64,000 nt of DNA from an uncultured archaeon (GTDB taxonomy: Archaea > Asgardarchaeota > Thorarchaeia > Thorarchaeales > Thorarchaeaceae), in contig CAZSWP010000010.1 in assembly GCA_964610875.1 (NCBI GenBank), positions 23,764-87,763 of the forward strand, given 5' to 3'. Below, in pieces: positions 19,700-28,084 of this stretch; positions within the stretch are counted from its first letter, which is position 1; each line of letters opens with the position of its first letter. A program made the translations under genes and the position numbers. The notes beneath the pieces are model-generated. The model was not told the DNA's origin, did no database searches, and worked only from the letters and a program-made list of their open reading frames with translations.

Positions 19700-20340
19700 T
19701 CATAAATCCATTTTATTGTATGACCAGTAGCTGATGATGAACAGCACAATTGATAATCCCAAAGAGCCCAAAAGGAAGATTGGCAAGGTGTTCAAAGGAA
19801 TGGCATTTTCATATCCCATAATGGAAGATGCTGTCATTCCCAGGGGGTTAAGGATTTGGAAAAACTCCAGCTGTAGAGAACCTGTTGTGAGAAGAAGCTG
19901 TATGATGTACCAAAAACCAACACCTCCAACAGCGGCAACGGACACTCGCTTAAAAATAATTGATGCCATTACTCCAAAGGCAACTAGAAGCACAATATAG
20001 CATACAACAGCTTCAATTAGTAAGAAAAGCACAGAGATTGAAACACTGGGAGGTATGAATACTGCAAACGCAATAACTCCTCCAATGATAGTTGCAGTTG
20101 AAACGACTAAAATTGCTGTCAGAACTTTAATTCCAAACAATTCACTACGTTTTATGGGATAGGATAAATAGGTTTTCAGAGTGCCGTCTTCAATAGAACC
20201 TGCAATGGATACTGAAACAACAATTGGAACAACTAAAGCAAGAGGGTGAATCAATCCAATGAAAACAGCTCCTGCAACAGACTGGGGATAACTAGCTGCA
20301 AATTCACCTATTTGCTGTGCTGGAATGGTACCATTCCAGA
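19700..20340 (-). pseudogene. ABC-2 permease lacking its 5' end
   Basis: E.GTLKTYLSYPIKR..LF..K motif; frame is open back to the island boundary; no convincing own start. Confidence 0.7.
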
Positions 20341-20581
20341 TATCACGTTTCTATGGTTCCAGCTCTAATGTTCTTTTCATTGCACTGATACTATCTCGAT
20401 ATCTCCGAAGTTTTTCTAATATCATACCATGGAGATAATGTGCTTCTGCTCTCTCAGCATCAAGTGAAAGTGCTAGAAGAATAATGGTTTCTGCATCTTC
20501 ATAGCACCATTGATCATACTTGATCTTTGCTTCCTCATATAGTGACTCGTAATCGTCAGGCATCTCTGACAAAGACTGCAT
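20334..20581 (-). pseudogene. 5' half of the split TPR gene (contains an in-frame TAG at 20351-20353)
   Basis: TPR pattern AEAHYLHGMILEKLRRYRDSISAMKRTLELEP*KRDIWN. Confidence 0.75.
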
Positions 20582-20631
20582 CTTGAATCCTAATAAGAAT
20601 GGAGGACACTATACAGCACCAAACAGCAACG

Positions 20632-20639
20632 TTAATATT
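20632..20639 (+). promoter_or_regulatory. TATA-like box of tRNA-Asn
   Basis: TTAATATT about 25 nt upstream of the tRNA 5' end. Confidence 0.5.
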
Positions 20640-20664
20640 GCTACTCGATTTGTCACCGAATCAA

Positions 20665-20863
20665 GCCACCGTGGCTCAGTCAGGTAGATTTGTGCTTTTG
20701 ACGAAGCACATCGCCGAAAGCGACAGATGCAACGAATCCTCGTTGTGCCGCTAAAGCCTGTTATCTTTCAATCAACAGGTTGAGAGTCAGACAGTTGTTG
20801 GTCCGAGGTTCGATCATTCTCGCACGTCTGTGGTGAGGAAAGGAACCCCTCGCGGTGGCGCCA
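20665..20863 (+). tRNA. tRNA-Asn(GUU) with four introns (about 20688-20718, 20725-20754, 20764-20792, 20815-20846)
   Basis: Removing four hairpin inserts gives a 77-nt cloverleaf: GCCACCG TG GCTC AGTCAGGTA GAGC G ACAGC CTGTTAA GTTGT TGGTC CGAGG TTCGATC CCTCG CGGTGGC G CCA. Confidence 0.88.
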
Positions 20864-21059
20864 CCGCATTATAGTTAATTATCTGAAAAATTCTCAGAAC
20901 CGGTGATGAATAAACCTCGCTACATCCACCAGTGTGTATACTCTAATTCTGCTTTTTCCAACTCACGAATTGCTTCTTTTGTTTTCTCAGGATGATGGAT
21001 GATTAATGATGGATGATTGCCGTCGGAAGATCATGAAAAGAATCGTAGAAGAATGCAAT

Positions 21060-21953
21060 CTAGATAGAGAGAAAGTCAACCCGATAGTAAAAGAGATCGA
21101 AACAAAAAAACACACTGATGATGAGAGTGTGCTTTAGTGATACTCTTTTTTCAAAGTAATAATATCCAATCACCGGAACTAGCAAACGTGGTATCTGCAA
21201 GAGAGAGTGAATGTTTATTGAACTGAAAATGAATGCAGAGTTGAAATATGAATTAGTCCCTCTCTCCGTAATCACGAAAATATATGGCACGGCATTAAAT
21301 GAAACATAATACTCATCATGATAATTAATGCCTGTGGATATGATGTAGGGCAGTATCACAAAAAGCAAAAGCAAGAACAAAGCAATTATGAAGATCATCT
21401 CATCCTTGACAGTCTTTTGATACTGTTCTCTCATTGTTTCATTATCATGTGCTATTGCATCGTATTTACTATCTATGGGTGAATCTTCTTTCCAATGACT
21501 CGAGTACAAAACTAGGAAACCTAGTAAGGTCATAACTGGAATTGGGACTATCAAAATCTGCAAGCTGAAAAACGTAGAGAACAAAAGTGGGATGGCAACT
21601 AATAGATCTCCTAAGAGCCCATATATCATGACTCGAATCATGCTGGTTGCTCTTTCCCTATAGCGGATTCCTTCAAAAATGAAGAGTACCCTAAATGGAA
21701 GTTGAGCTAAGAACATTGTCAAGTAGAAGTTAAAGAATCCAATTGACCAGCTCCCAGAACTACTAAAATATGCAACACTCCAAGTGAATGATAGAATATT
21801 TAGTGTAAATAGAGTGGGATGGTGTCCTGCAGGGGCACCCCATGTTTGAATTGAACTAAAGGGGACTAAGAATGCCAAAAATACGAAAAACAGTCACCAT
21901 TTTATTCTCTCAGCAGTAAAGAATGTTTGAAAACGTGTTTTAAAATCTGACAA
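21060..21953 (-). pseudogene. Decayed multi-pass membrane protein gene
   Basis: TTG 21953 with RBS, in-frame TGA at 21894-21896, likely frameshift in the T7 run near 21104-21110. Confidence 0.55.
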
Positions 21954-22169
21954 TCTACCCACTCCATGGATTTATGGCCAAATGTATGCATTTCTTCTTC
22001 ATAATTTGTTTATCAGTTTTAGCAAGGGATAGCAATTCTCTCGATGAATGCGCCTGTGTAAAAATAAAATCTCTCACACTAAAGATGGGTGGAGCTTATT
22101 TTGTGTCTGAATCAATTGATATGATTGACCAATTCTATATCGGAACTCAATGAACCAACTGTAATCTCT

Positions 22170-23243
22170 CTAGTCTAATTGACAGCGTAGTAACGTTTTC
22201 CCAAATACCTTACTGCTACTGCAAGCATCACAACGTATGCAAGTCACTTCACTCTGCCCTGTTTCCAGTTTCCTCACAATGTCTGATTCTCGGATAAAGG
22301 GGCGACTCATGCTGATAATGTCAACCAAGTTCTGTTCAATGGCCTGCTTCATTGTTTCTAATCTAGTAAACCCTTGTACTAGTGCAACAGGCATATCTCC
22401 TGTGACTTGCCTTATCTTCTCAGCATGTCCTGCAAAAGATAGTTCTCTGAATTCTGGATTGGTATGAAGGGCACGTCCTTTCAGGTCTGGGTTTCTATCA
22501 TAGCCTCCACCACTGATCTCAAGTAAATCCAGTCCTCTTTTTGCCATATTCTTTGCAATAGTACGACTCTCATCTATTGTGAGTCCTCCATCTGCAAAGT
22601 CATCGCAGTTTAGCTTTAACATAATTGGATTGTTACCCACTCTCTTTCTGATCTCACTATAGGTTTCAAGTAAGAAACGTTGTCGCTGTTCAAGAGGCCC
22701 TCCCCACTTATCATCCCGCTTGTTTGTGTGAGAAGCAAGGAACTGACTAACTAGATACCCATGTGCACCATGTATCTGTACACCATCAAAACCTGCTTGT
22801 ATAGATCTCTGAGCAGCATCACCAAATGATTGAATGATTTTTAGAATCCCATCATTTGTAAGGGCTTGTGATTTTCGTCCCTCACCCTCATATTCACTTG
22901 GCCCTGCTTTATATTCCACATTTCTCATACCTGCATGGTTCAACTGAGCTACAATCTTGCTATCATATTCGTGAACGACATCAGTCAACTTACTAAGTTG
23001 GTCTAAATGCCTATCCTCACTAATACCTGCTTGTCCTTGATGAGCCTTACCACTATTCATAACATACAGGTGCCCTTTGACAATCAGACCAACTCTCCCT
23101 TTAGCAAGATTTTCATAGATTGTAATTGCTTCGTCCTTCAGTGTTCCATCATCCTTTGCAAAATAAGTGGTTGTCGCACTTCTCATGAATCTGTTCTGTA
23201 GTTGTAAATTACCTACAGTGATTGGAGTAAAGAGGGAGTTCAT
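22170..23243 (-). CDS. NADH:flavin oxidoreductase (Old Yellow Enzyme family)
   Basis: NRFMRSAT, QLNHAG, AGFDGVQIHGAHGYLVSQFL, N.R.D.WGG, C-terminal CIRCDAC; start ATG 23243. Confidence 0.92.
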   Translation of the reverse strand: MNSLFTPITVGNLQLQNRFMRSATTTYFAKDDGTLKDEAITIYENLAKGRVGLIVKGHLYVMNSGKAHQGQAGISEDRHLDQLSKLTDVVHEYDSKIVAQLNHAGMRNVEYKAGPSEYEGEGRKSQALTNDGILKIIQSFGDAAQRSIQAGFDGVQIHGAHGYLVSQFLASHTNKRDDKWGGPLEQRQRFLLETYSEIRKRVGNNPIMLKLNCDDFADGGLTIDESRTIAKNMAKRGLDLLEISGGGYDRNPDLKGRALHTNPEFRELSFAGHAEKIRQVTGDMPVALVQGFTRLETMKQAIEQNLVDIISMSRPFIRESDIVRKLETGQSEVTCIRCDACSSSKVFGKTLLRCQLD

Positions 23244-23262
23244 ATGTTCATTCCTGCTCTTA

Positions 23263-23715
23263 TCATGCATGTGATACATATGGGCCCTTGTATTCAGCCA
23301 CAAATACAACAGCTGAGAGGATAGCGAATATCCCTCCAATGATTGCCGGTGACACAGCCACCCACCCAAGGTCGCCAATGTCTTCTACAAGAAATTCTGC
23401 AAACATCGTTGCAATGGTTATCGCCGCTATTCCGGAACAGACGCCAAAACATGGAGTACATTGCACCCTCTCTCCCGTATCTTCATAGGTATCAATCCTA
23501 CCCATTGGTGTATCCTGTGATGCAATTACTCGTTGTACTGCAGCCAACCCCCCAGTATACGCAAAAGCAGCTCCCACGAACATCACAAAAGTAAAGACAC
23601 CGCCAGCCAATGCTCCAATACCATCGTCAAATATAGCAATACTGACGATAGTCTGTACGATCATACATGTAGCAGCAATCACAAACATAATTGCTGCAAC
23701 TTTCGAACCTGCCAT
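23263..23715 (-). CDS. Hypothetical 4-TM membrane protein
   Basis: Four hydrophobic helices; operon spacing with the ZIP gene. Confidence 0.7.
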   Translation of the reverse strand: MAGSKVAAIMFVIAATCMIVQTIVSIAIFDDGIGALAGGVFTFVMFVGAAFAYTGGLAAVQRVIASQDTPMGRIDTYEDTGERVQCTPCFGVCSGIAAITIATMFAEFLVEDIGDLGWVAVSPAIIGGIFAILSAVVFVAEYKGPYVSHA

Positions 23716-23718
23716 CTT

Positions 23719-24507
23719 TTATCCGCCTCCGAAAAAGAACTCAAAGATATTATCCAATGTCATCATAATCACAAACCCAATTATCAAACCCCATGTTGCC
23801 AGTCGCGCATTACCACCTGCATGACTCTCTGGGACCATCTCATCTCCAACAACAAAGACCATCGCCCCAGCTGCAAACGCAAGTCCATATGGAAGGAGGA
23901 AGGTTGAGAATGCAACTACCGCAACTCCCAAGAGTCCTCCGATTGGTTCGACTAGACCAGTGGCTAAGGCAAGCCCGGCGGCATATTTTCTCGAATATCC
24001 TTCTCTCACCATTGGAGCTGCAACAGCCAAACCTTCTGGTATATTCTGCAGACCAATTGCTACGGCCACTGCCAGTCCATTTGCAATATCGTTCCCTCCA
24101 AACGCTACTCCTACAGCAAGCCCCTCAGGGAAGTTATGTATTGTTATTGCCAAAACTAGCAACCAAACTCTCGCCATATTCGATGATGGTCCTTCTTCTC
24201 CTTTCTGAAAATGCTCGTGGGGTATGTATCGGTCTGCAAGATGAACGAATACACCTCCAAGAGCAAATCCAAGACCAACGACAGTGAGCACTTCCGTCCA
24301 GTTTGTGATCATCTCTAGAGATGGTACCAGTAGACTAAAAGCTGATGCAGCTAGCATAACCCCTGCTGCCAATCCCAACATAAAATCTAGAGTTCTTCTC
24401 TTGAATTGACCACCCAATAGTACTGGAATTGCTCCAATACCTGTAGCAGTCCCTGCAAGTAGACTGGCAATTATCCCTAATGCCATTGAGTCTGAAATCA
24501 GCTGCAT
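23719..24507 (-). CDS. ZIP-family metal transporter (ZupT/GufA)
   Basis: AAGVML, PHEH, HNFPEGLAVG, QNIPEGLA, DEMVPESH. Confidence 0.93.
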   Translation of the reverse strand: MQLISDSMALGIIASLLAGTATGIGAIPVLLGGQFKRRTLDFMLGLAAGVMLAASAFSLLVPSLEMITNWTEVLTVVGLGFALGGVFVHLADRYIPHEHFQKGEEGPSSNMARVWLLVLAITIHNFPEGLAVGVAFGGNDIANGLAVAVAIGLQNIPEGLAVAAPMVREGYSRKYAAGLALATGLVEPIGGLLGVAVVAFSTFLLPYGLAFAAGAMVFVVGDEMVPESHAGGNARLATWGLIIGFVIMMTLDNIFEFFFGGG

Positions 24508-24582
24508 CCTCTTTCACCTAGTTCTACCATAATATATGTTGCCAGTATAAGGCCGTTTTCATTTTGTTTGACATAGTAAAAA

Positions 24583-24602
24583 ATTAGAACACGTGTTCTA
24601 AT
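24583..24602. promoter_or_regulatory. Perfect 20-bp palindrome, candidate metalloregulator operator
   Basis: ATTAGAACACGTGTTCTAAT, about 75-95 nt upstream of the ZIP start. Confidence 0.6.
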
Positions 24603-24758
24603 AAATCCAAAGTTTCACTCTATTTCTGTTCTACAAACTCTCGTGAAATATTGTAGACAACTTGATGATTAAAATCGGGACATCCACGCATCAATGCGTC
24701 CTCCTCATCAAAGAAAGCAAATCGACCTCCTGATTGCATAACCAGAATCCAAGGGTAA

Positions 24759-25646
24759 TTACAATCCTGCATCTTCTATCAAATAATCGTACACACTCTG
24801 CCAGATAGTACCATCATCACGGTACTTGTTCTCAAAGTTATTAGTGTTAATCCACTCTTGCAGTGCATTAGCTGCCTCTTGTGAAAACGTATCATCTGAA
24901 ATCTGTGATATAAGTCCAAGTTTTTCCAATGATTTTTGAATTCTAGTGGCAACATCACCTTCAATCTTCATCAATCGAGATGGATCTTCTCTACTTAGTA
25001 GAGTCATGTCATATATCTTGAAGATACGTTCAAGCTCTTCAATTGGGCTTGGATGTTCATCAACACGGACATCGACATAACGGTCATTTCCTCCCTCATA
25101 TCCTCCTTTCTCTCGAACAACAAGAATAGATGCAGACTGCATGCCTCTTTTATCTCCGCCTGCTGCCTGACCTGCTTTTAGTCCAGCAAAGAGTTTGTCA
25201 ATCAAATCGCCCTCTGTACTTTCATATGCTTCAGCCATATCAACAACAACTGCTTCGCCTGCCAAGATATTTCCTTGACAAGTATAGCCTTCACCAGTTA
25301 TATGACCCGCCCAATCCATACACTCCTCTCCAGTATGAACCGCAACTCGCCCATTTCCATCAACAATACCCATCTGTCTATGCTCTGCTCCTTCATCACT
25401 CATAATAAGCGTGTCCAGTGTTTCAGTTGCAGATTTTCCCTCATTAAGAAGGTCTAGTCCTCTGGGCCCGTAGGAAACATTTGCCCATGCCTGCGTTGCA
25501 ATTGCCCCTACATCTGCTATTGCCCATGGCACAACTGAACCAACACAGGGAAACTTGGATTGAACAATCACTCCCAGATCTCCGCTATCCGGGTTTCTTG
25601 CAACAAGAGAAAAGGTACTTAATGAAGCAACATTTCGCTTTTTCAT
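24759..25646 (-). CDS. DUF1028 (Ntn-hydrolase-like) protein
   Basis: TFSLVA, GAIATQA, QGNIL, GGDKRGMQSA, RVDEHP.P; start ATG 25646. Confidence 0.88.
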   Translation of the reverse strand: MKKRNVASLSTFSLVARNPDSGDLGVIVQSKFPCVGSVVPWAIADVGAIATQAWANVSYGPRGLDLLNEGKSATETLDTLIMSDEGAEHRQMGIVDGNGRVAVHTGEECMDWAGHITGEGYTCQGNILAGEAVVVDMAEAYESTEGDLIDKLFAGLKAGQAAGGDKRGMQSASILVVREKGGYEGGNDRYVDVRVDEHPSPIEELERIFKIYDMTLLSREDPSRLMKIEGDVATRIQKSLEKLGLISQISDDTFSQEAANALQEWINTNNFENKYRDDGTIWQSVYDYLIEDAGL

Positions 25647-25718
25647 CCTACAACACCTATCTTGTCTAAAGATGAAGCCCATCAATATGGCTATCGGTTC
25701 AAAGAAAAATGAAAAAAG

Positions 25719-25825
25719 TGGTGGGCCCGAGGGGACTTGAACCCCTGGCCGTTCCCTCATCTAAAGGAAACCTTCAGATGTACAGGTTATGAGCCTGCTG
25801 CTCTACCAAGCTGAGCTACGGGCCC
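25719..25825 (-). tRNA. tRNA with CAU anticodon (probably Ile2), 30-nt intron at position 43/44 (25752-25781)
   Basis: GGGCCCG acceptor, GCAGG-CTCATAA-CCTGT arm, AGGGG-TTCAAGT-CCCCT, encoded CCA; 77 nt after intron removal; the GGGCCC acceptor favours Ile2 over Met. Confidence 0.88.
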
Positions 25826-26028
25826 TATTTGTTTAGTCGCAATCAACAGGCTTGGCGTTCTTGATATTAAGCTTGTGCAATACTCCTAAGACTGAAACTA
25901 CAAGGTCCTTTCATATATCTTTCAGAAGTCGTATCTTTTTTGCTTTTGAGAATTCATGTGCTACTATGGATTATGTGACTTTAAATCACTAAACAAAAGA
26001 CTACGAGTAAACAACCAGAGGCCAATGA

Positions 26029-26376
26029 ATGATCCTGCTATTCACTTCAAACCACTGTGCCTGGTGTGACATCCTCAAAGGCATGATAGAAGAAGCGATG
26101 CAGATGTTTCCAGAATCACTAGAAGTCTATGAGATCGATATTGGCAGATATGAAAATCTTGCACAAATTTATGGGATCCTAACCGTTCCTACACTTGTAT
26201 CTGGAACATACACTATGACTGGGATTCCGTCTTCTCTTGACCTTCAGTCTTTTCTTCTACAATCGTTCACAGCAAATTCTTGCGAAGATAATAGTCCATA
26301 TCGCATGATAACAAAAGCACGCGTAAAGAACCAGAAGAAGAGGCTGAAAGAGAATTTCGATACGCCATATGCTTGA
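26029..26376 (+). CDS. Thioredoxin-fold protein
   Basis: CAWC active site, YGI..VPTL cis-Pro loop. Confidence 0.8.
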   Translation: MILLFTSNHCAWCDILKGMIEEAMQMFPESLEVYEIDIGRYENLAQIYGILTVPTLVSGTYTMTGIPSSLDLQSFLLQSFTANSCEDNSPYRMITKARVKNQKKRLKENFDTPYA

Positions 26377-26432
26377 TATAGTGGTCACATGCGCAACGTT
26401 AATAAAACTACAGCTCAGTTCGCTGTTACTAC

Positions 26433-26510
26433 GCCCCGATAGTGTAGTCCGGCCCAGCATCTAGGCCTTTCGAGTCTAAGACCCGGGTTCGAATCCCGGT
26501 CGGGGCACCA
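26433..26510 (+). tRNA. tRNA-Glu(UUC)
   Basis: GCCCCGA/TCGGGGC acceptor, TAGGC-CTTTCGA-GTCTA, GGTTCGAATCC, CCA; no intron. Confidence 0.95.
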
Positions 26511-26548
26511 TTATTTTCTATCGATCTAATCATAGGTGTATTTTGTAG

Positions 26549-27406
26549 TTATTTCAAAGCTATAATCATATTGAAATCTGATGATATGTACGAATGAGTC
26601 AAAGCTCCTGAAGAAATGATATCAATCCCTGCTTCAGCATAGGGCACAATATTCGACTCATTTATACCACCTGAAGTTTCAAGAAGGATTTTATCTCTCA
26701 AGCCTTTCTCAGTTAGAACTTTGTGAACTCCTGCTACATCCTCTGCACGAAAATTATCTAGAAGTATAATATCTGCTCCCACATCTATTGCTTCTAGGGC
26801 CTCATTTAGGTTTCTTACCTCGCAAGATATTTTCTTCGAGAATGAAACGCTTCTCTTCGCGCCTTCAATAGCTTGTCTGACTCCCCCAACCACTGCAATA
26901 TGATTGTTCTTGATCAAAACCATATCATCCAGAGCGTAACGATGCGAATCACCACCTCCAACAACCACTGCTCGTTTCTCAAAGTACCGAAATCCCGGTG
27001 TTGTTTTTCTAGTAGCTGCAACAATCACTTTCTTACCCGCTTTTTTTGTAGCTTCTACCATTCTATAAGCCATTGTAGCAATTCCACTCATTCGCATGAC
27101 GATGTTAAGACACACGCGTTCAATCATGAGTAGTGACTTGGCAGGTCCTTTTAGTCTGATAATGGCATCACCTGGATTCACCCAATTTCCTTCAAAGGTA
27201 AGAACTTCATATTTGATGCCAGAAAAACCTGCAATAGCCACGACTTCCTCAAGTCCTGCAAGTATCGCTTTACTCTTCGCATATATTGTACCAACTCCAT
27301 CTGCATCAAAAGGCTCGATTGAATTGGTTGTTATATCTCCAGAACGAATATCTTCTCTTAGAAAGGCTCGTAGATTTCTAATTATCTCCGGGGGTGGTTG
27401 ATTCAT
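26549..27406 (-). CDS. nadC: Quinolinate phosphoribosyltransferase
   Basis: ED...GDITT, ER..LN...MSGIAT, TRKTTPG, HR..L.D..LIK.NH, LLDN, SGGI. Confidence 0.95.
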   Translation of the reverse strand: MNQPPPEIIRNLRAFLREDIRSGDITTNSIEPFDADGVGTIYAKSKAILAGLEEVVAIAGFSGIKYEVLTFEGNWVNPGDAIIRLKGPAKSLLMIERVCLNIVMRMSGIATMAYRMVEATKKAGKKVIVAATRKTTPGFRYFEKRAVVVGGGDSHRYALDDMVLIKNNHIAVVGGVRQAIEGAKRSVSFSKKISCEVRNLNEALEAIDVGADIILLDNFRAEDVAGVHKVLTEKGLRDKILLETSGGINESNIVPYAEAGIDIISSGALTHSYISSDFNMIIALK

Positions 27407-27411
27407 ATTAG

Positions 27412-28050
27412 CTACCTCCCTTGGGCTCTTTCATGTTTTGGATTTCGTATAATAGTTCCCCGCGGCTCTTCCTCACCAAAGATTTCCGCTTGAAATACCA
27501 TAAATTCTGTTTTTTTGTCCATCCATGCTCCTTTTGGAAGACCTGCTTTATTACAGGTGTGCTCTAAGTACTCTTTAGTGTCCCAACCCCATTCCACTGG
27601 CACTTGTGGTAGCAGCAACCCACGAAACATACCTCTACTTGCTATGAGACCATCCCTTCCCACTTCCACTAGATTGAGGAGTTCTTCTGGCTGTTCGTAT
27701 ACTAGCTCTTGTGGTGGAGTAAGGACACTAAGTTCTATGACAATGGAGTCTAACTCATCTTTTGTCACAGGTCTAAATCGAGGATCATTGACCGCGGAGT
27801 CAAGTGCTGAATCAATTGTTGCCTTGACAAGAGGTTGGGTTGGATACGGCCTACCAATACAGCCTCTCAATGCTTTACGTTCTTTCTGTAATGCGTTTAT
27901 GGTCACGAAAACACCTGATTCTCTCCAAAGATGATCCGGTGTGTCCTTAGGAGGATTAGGTTTTCTCTCATCCTGAACATATCTATCAACAGTCTTCCTT
28001 GCAATAGTCACGAGGAATTTTCCATCATCATCGGAGTAGATATTATTCAA
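27412..28050 (-). CDS. AMMECR1-family protein
   Basis: GVFVT, LRGCIG, DPRF, LLLPQV. Confidence 0.93.
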   Translation of the reverse strand: MNNIYSDDDGKFLVTIARKTVDRYVQDERKPNPPKDTPDHLWRESGVFVTINALQKERKALRGCIGRPYPTQPLVKATIDSALDSAVNDPRFRPVTKDELDSIVIELSVLTPPQELVYEQPEELLNLVEVGRDGLIASRGMFRGLLLPQVPVEWGWDTKEYLEHTCNKAGLPKGAWMDKKTEFMVFQAEIFGEEEPRGTIIRNPKHERAQGR

Positions 28051-28084
28051 GGCTTATCACAGACTGCTATATTCTTGAGAACGG

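Larger units (their letters stand above)
10590..20340. mobile_element. ~9.7 kb mosaic insertion (island) inside the TPR gene, bounded by the 7-bp direct repeat TTCCAGA
   Basis: TTCCAGA at 10590-10596 and 20334-20340; deleting 10597-20340 restores the TPR reading frame; contains many truncated genes; no integrase or transposase seen. Confidence 0.65.

Noticed and set aside
19700-20581. Single TAG separating in-frame TPR and permease ORFs, suggesting pyrrolysine readthrough
   Set aside because: Better explained as a chimeric junction plus a nonsense mutation in an already disrupted gene. No pyl genes are in the window. It cannot be fully excluded without the whole genome.
21894-21896. In-frame TGA as possible selenocysteine
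   Set aside because: It lies at the start of a TM helix in a non-redox protein that also shows a probable frameshift; no SECIS was recognised.
25647-25760. N-terminal extension of the DUF1028 ORF
   Set aside because: It overlaps the tRNA(CAU) gene; the likely start is ATG 25646.
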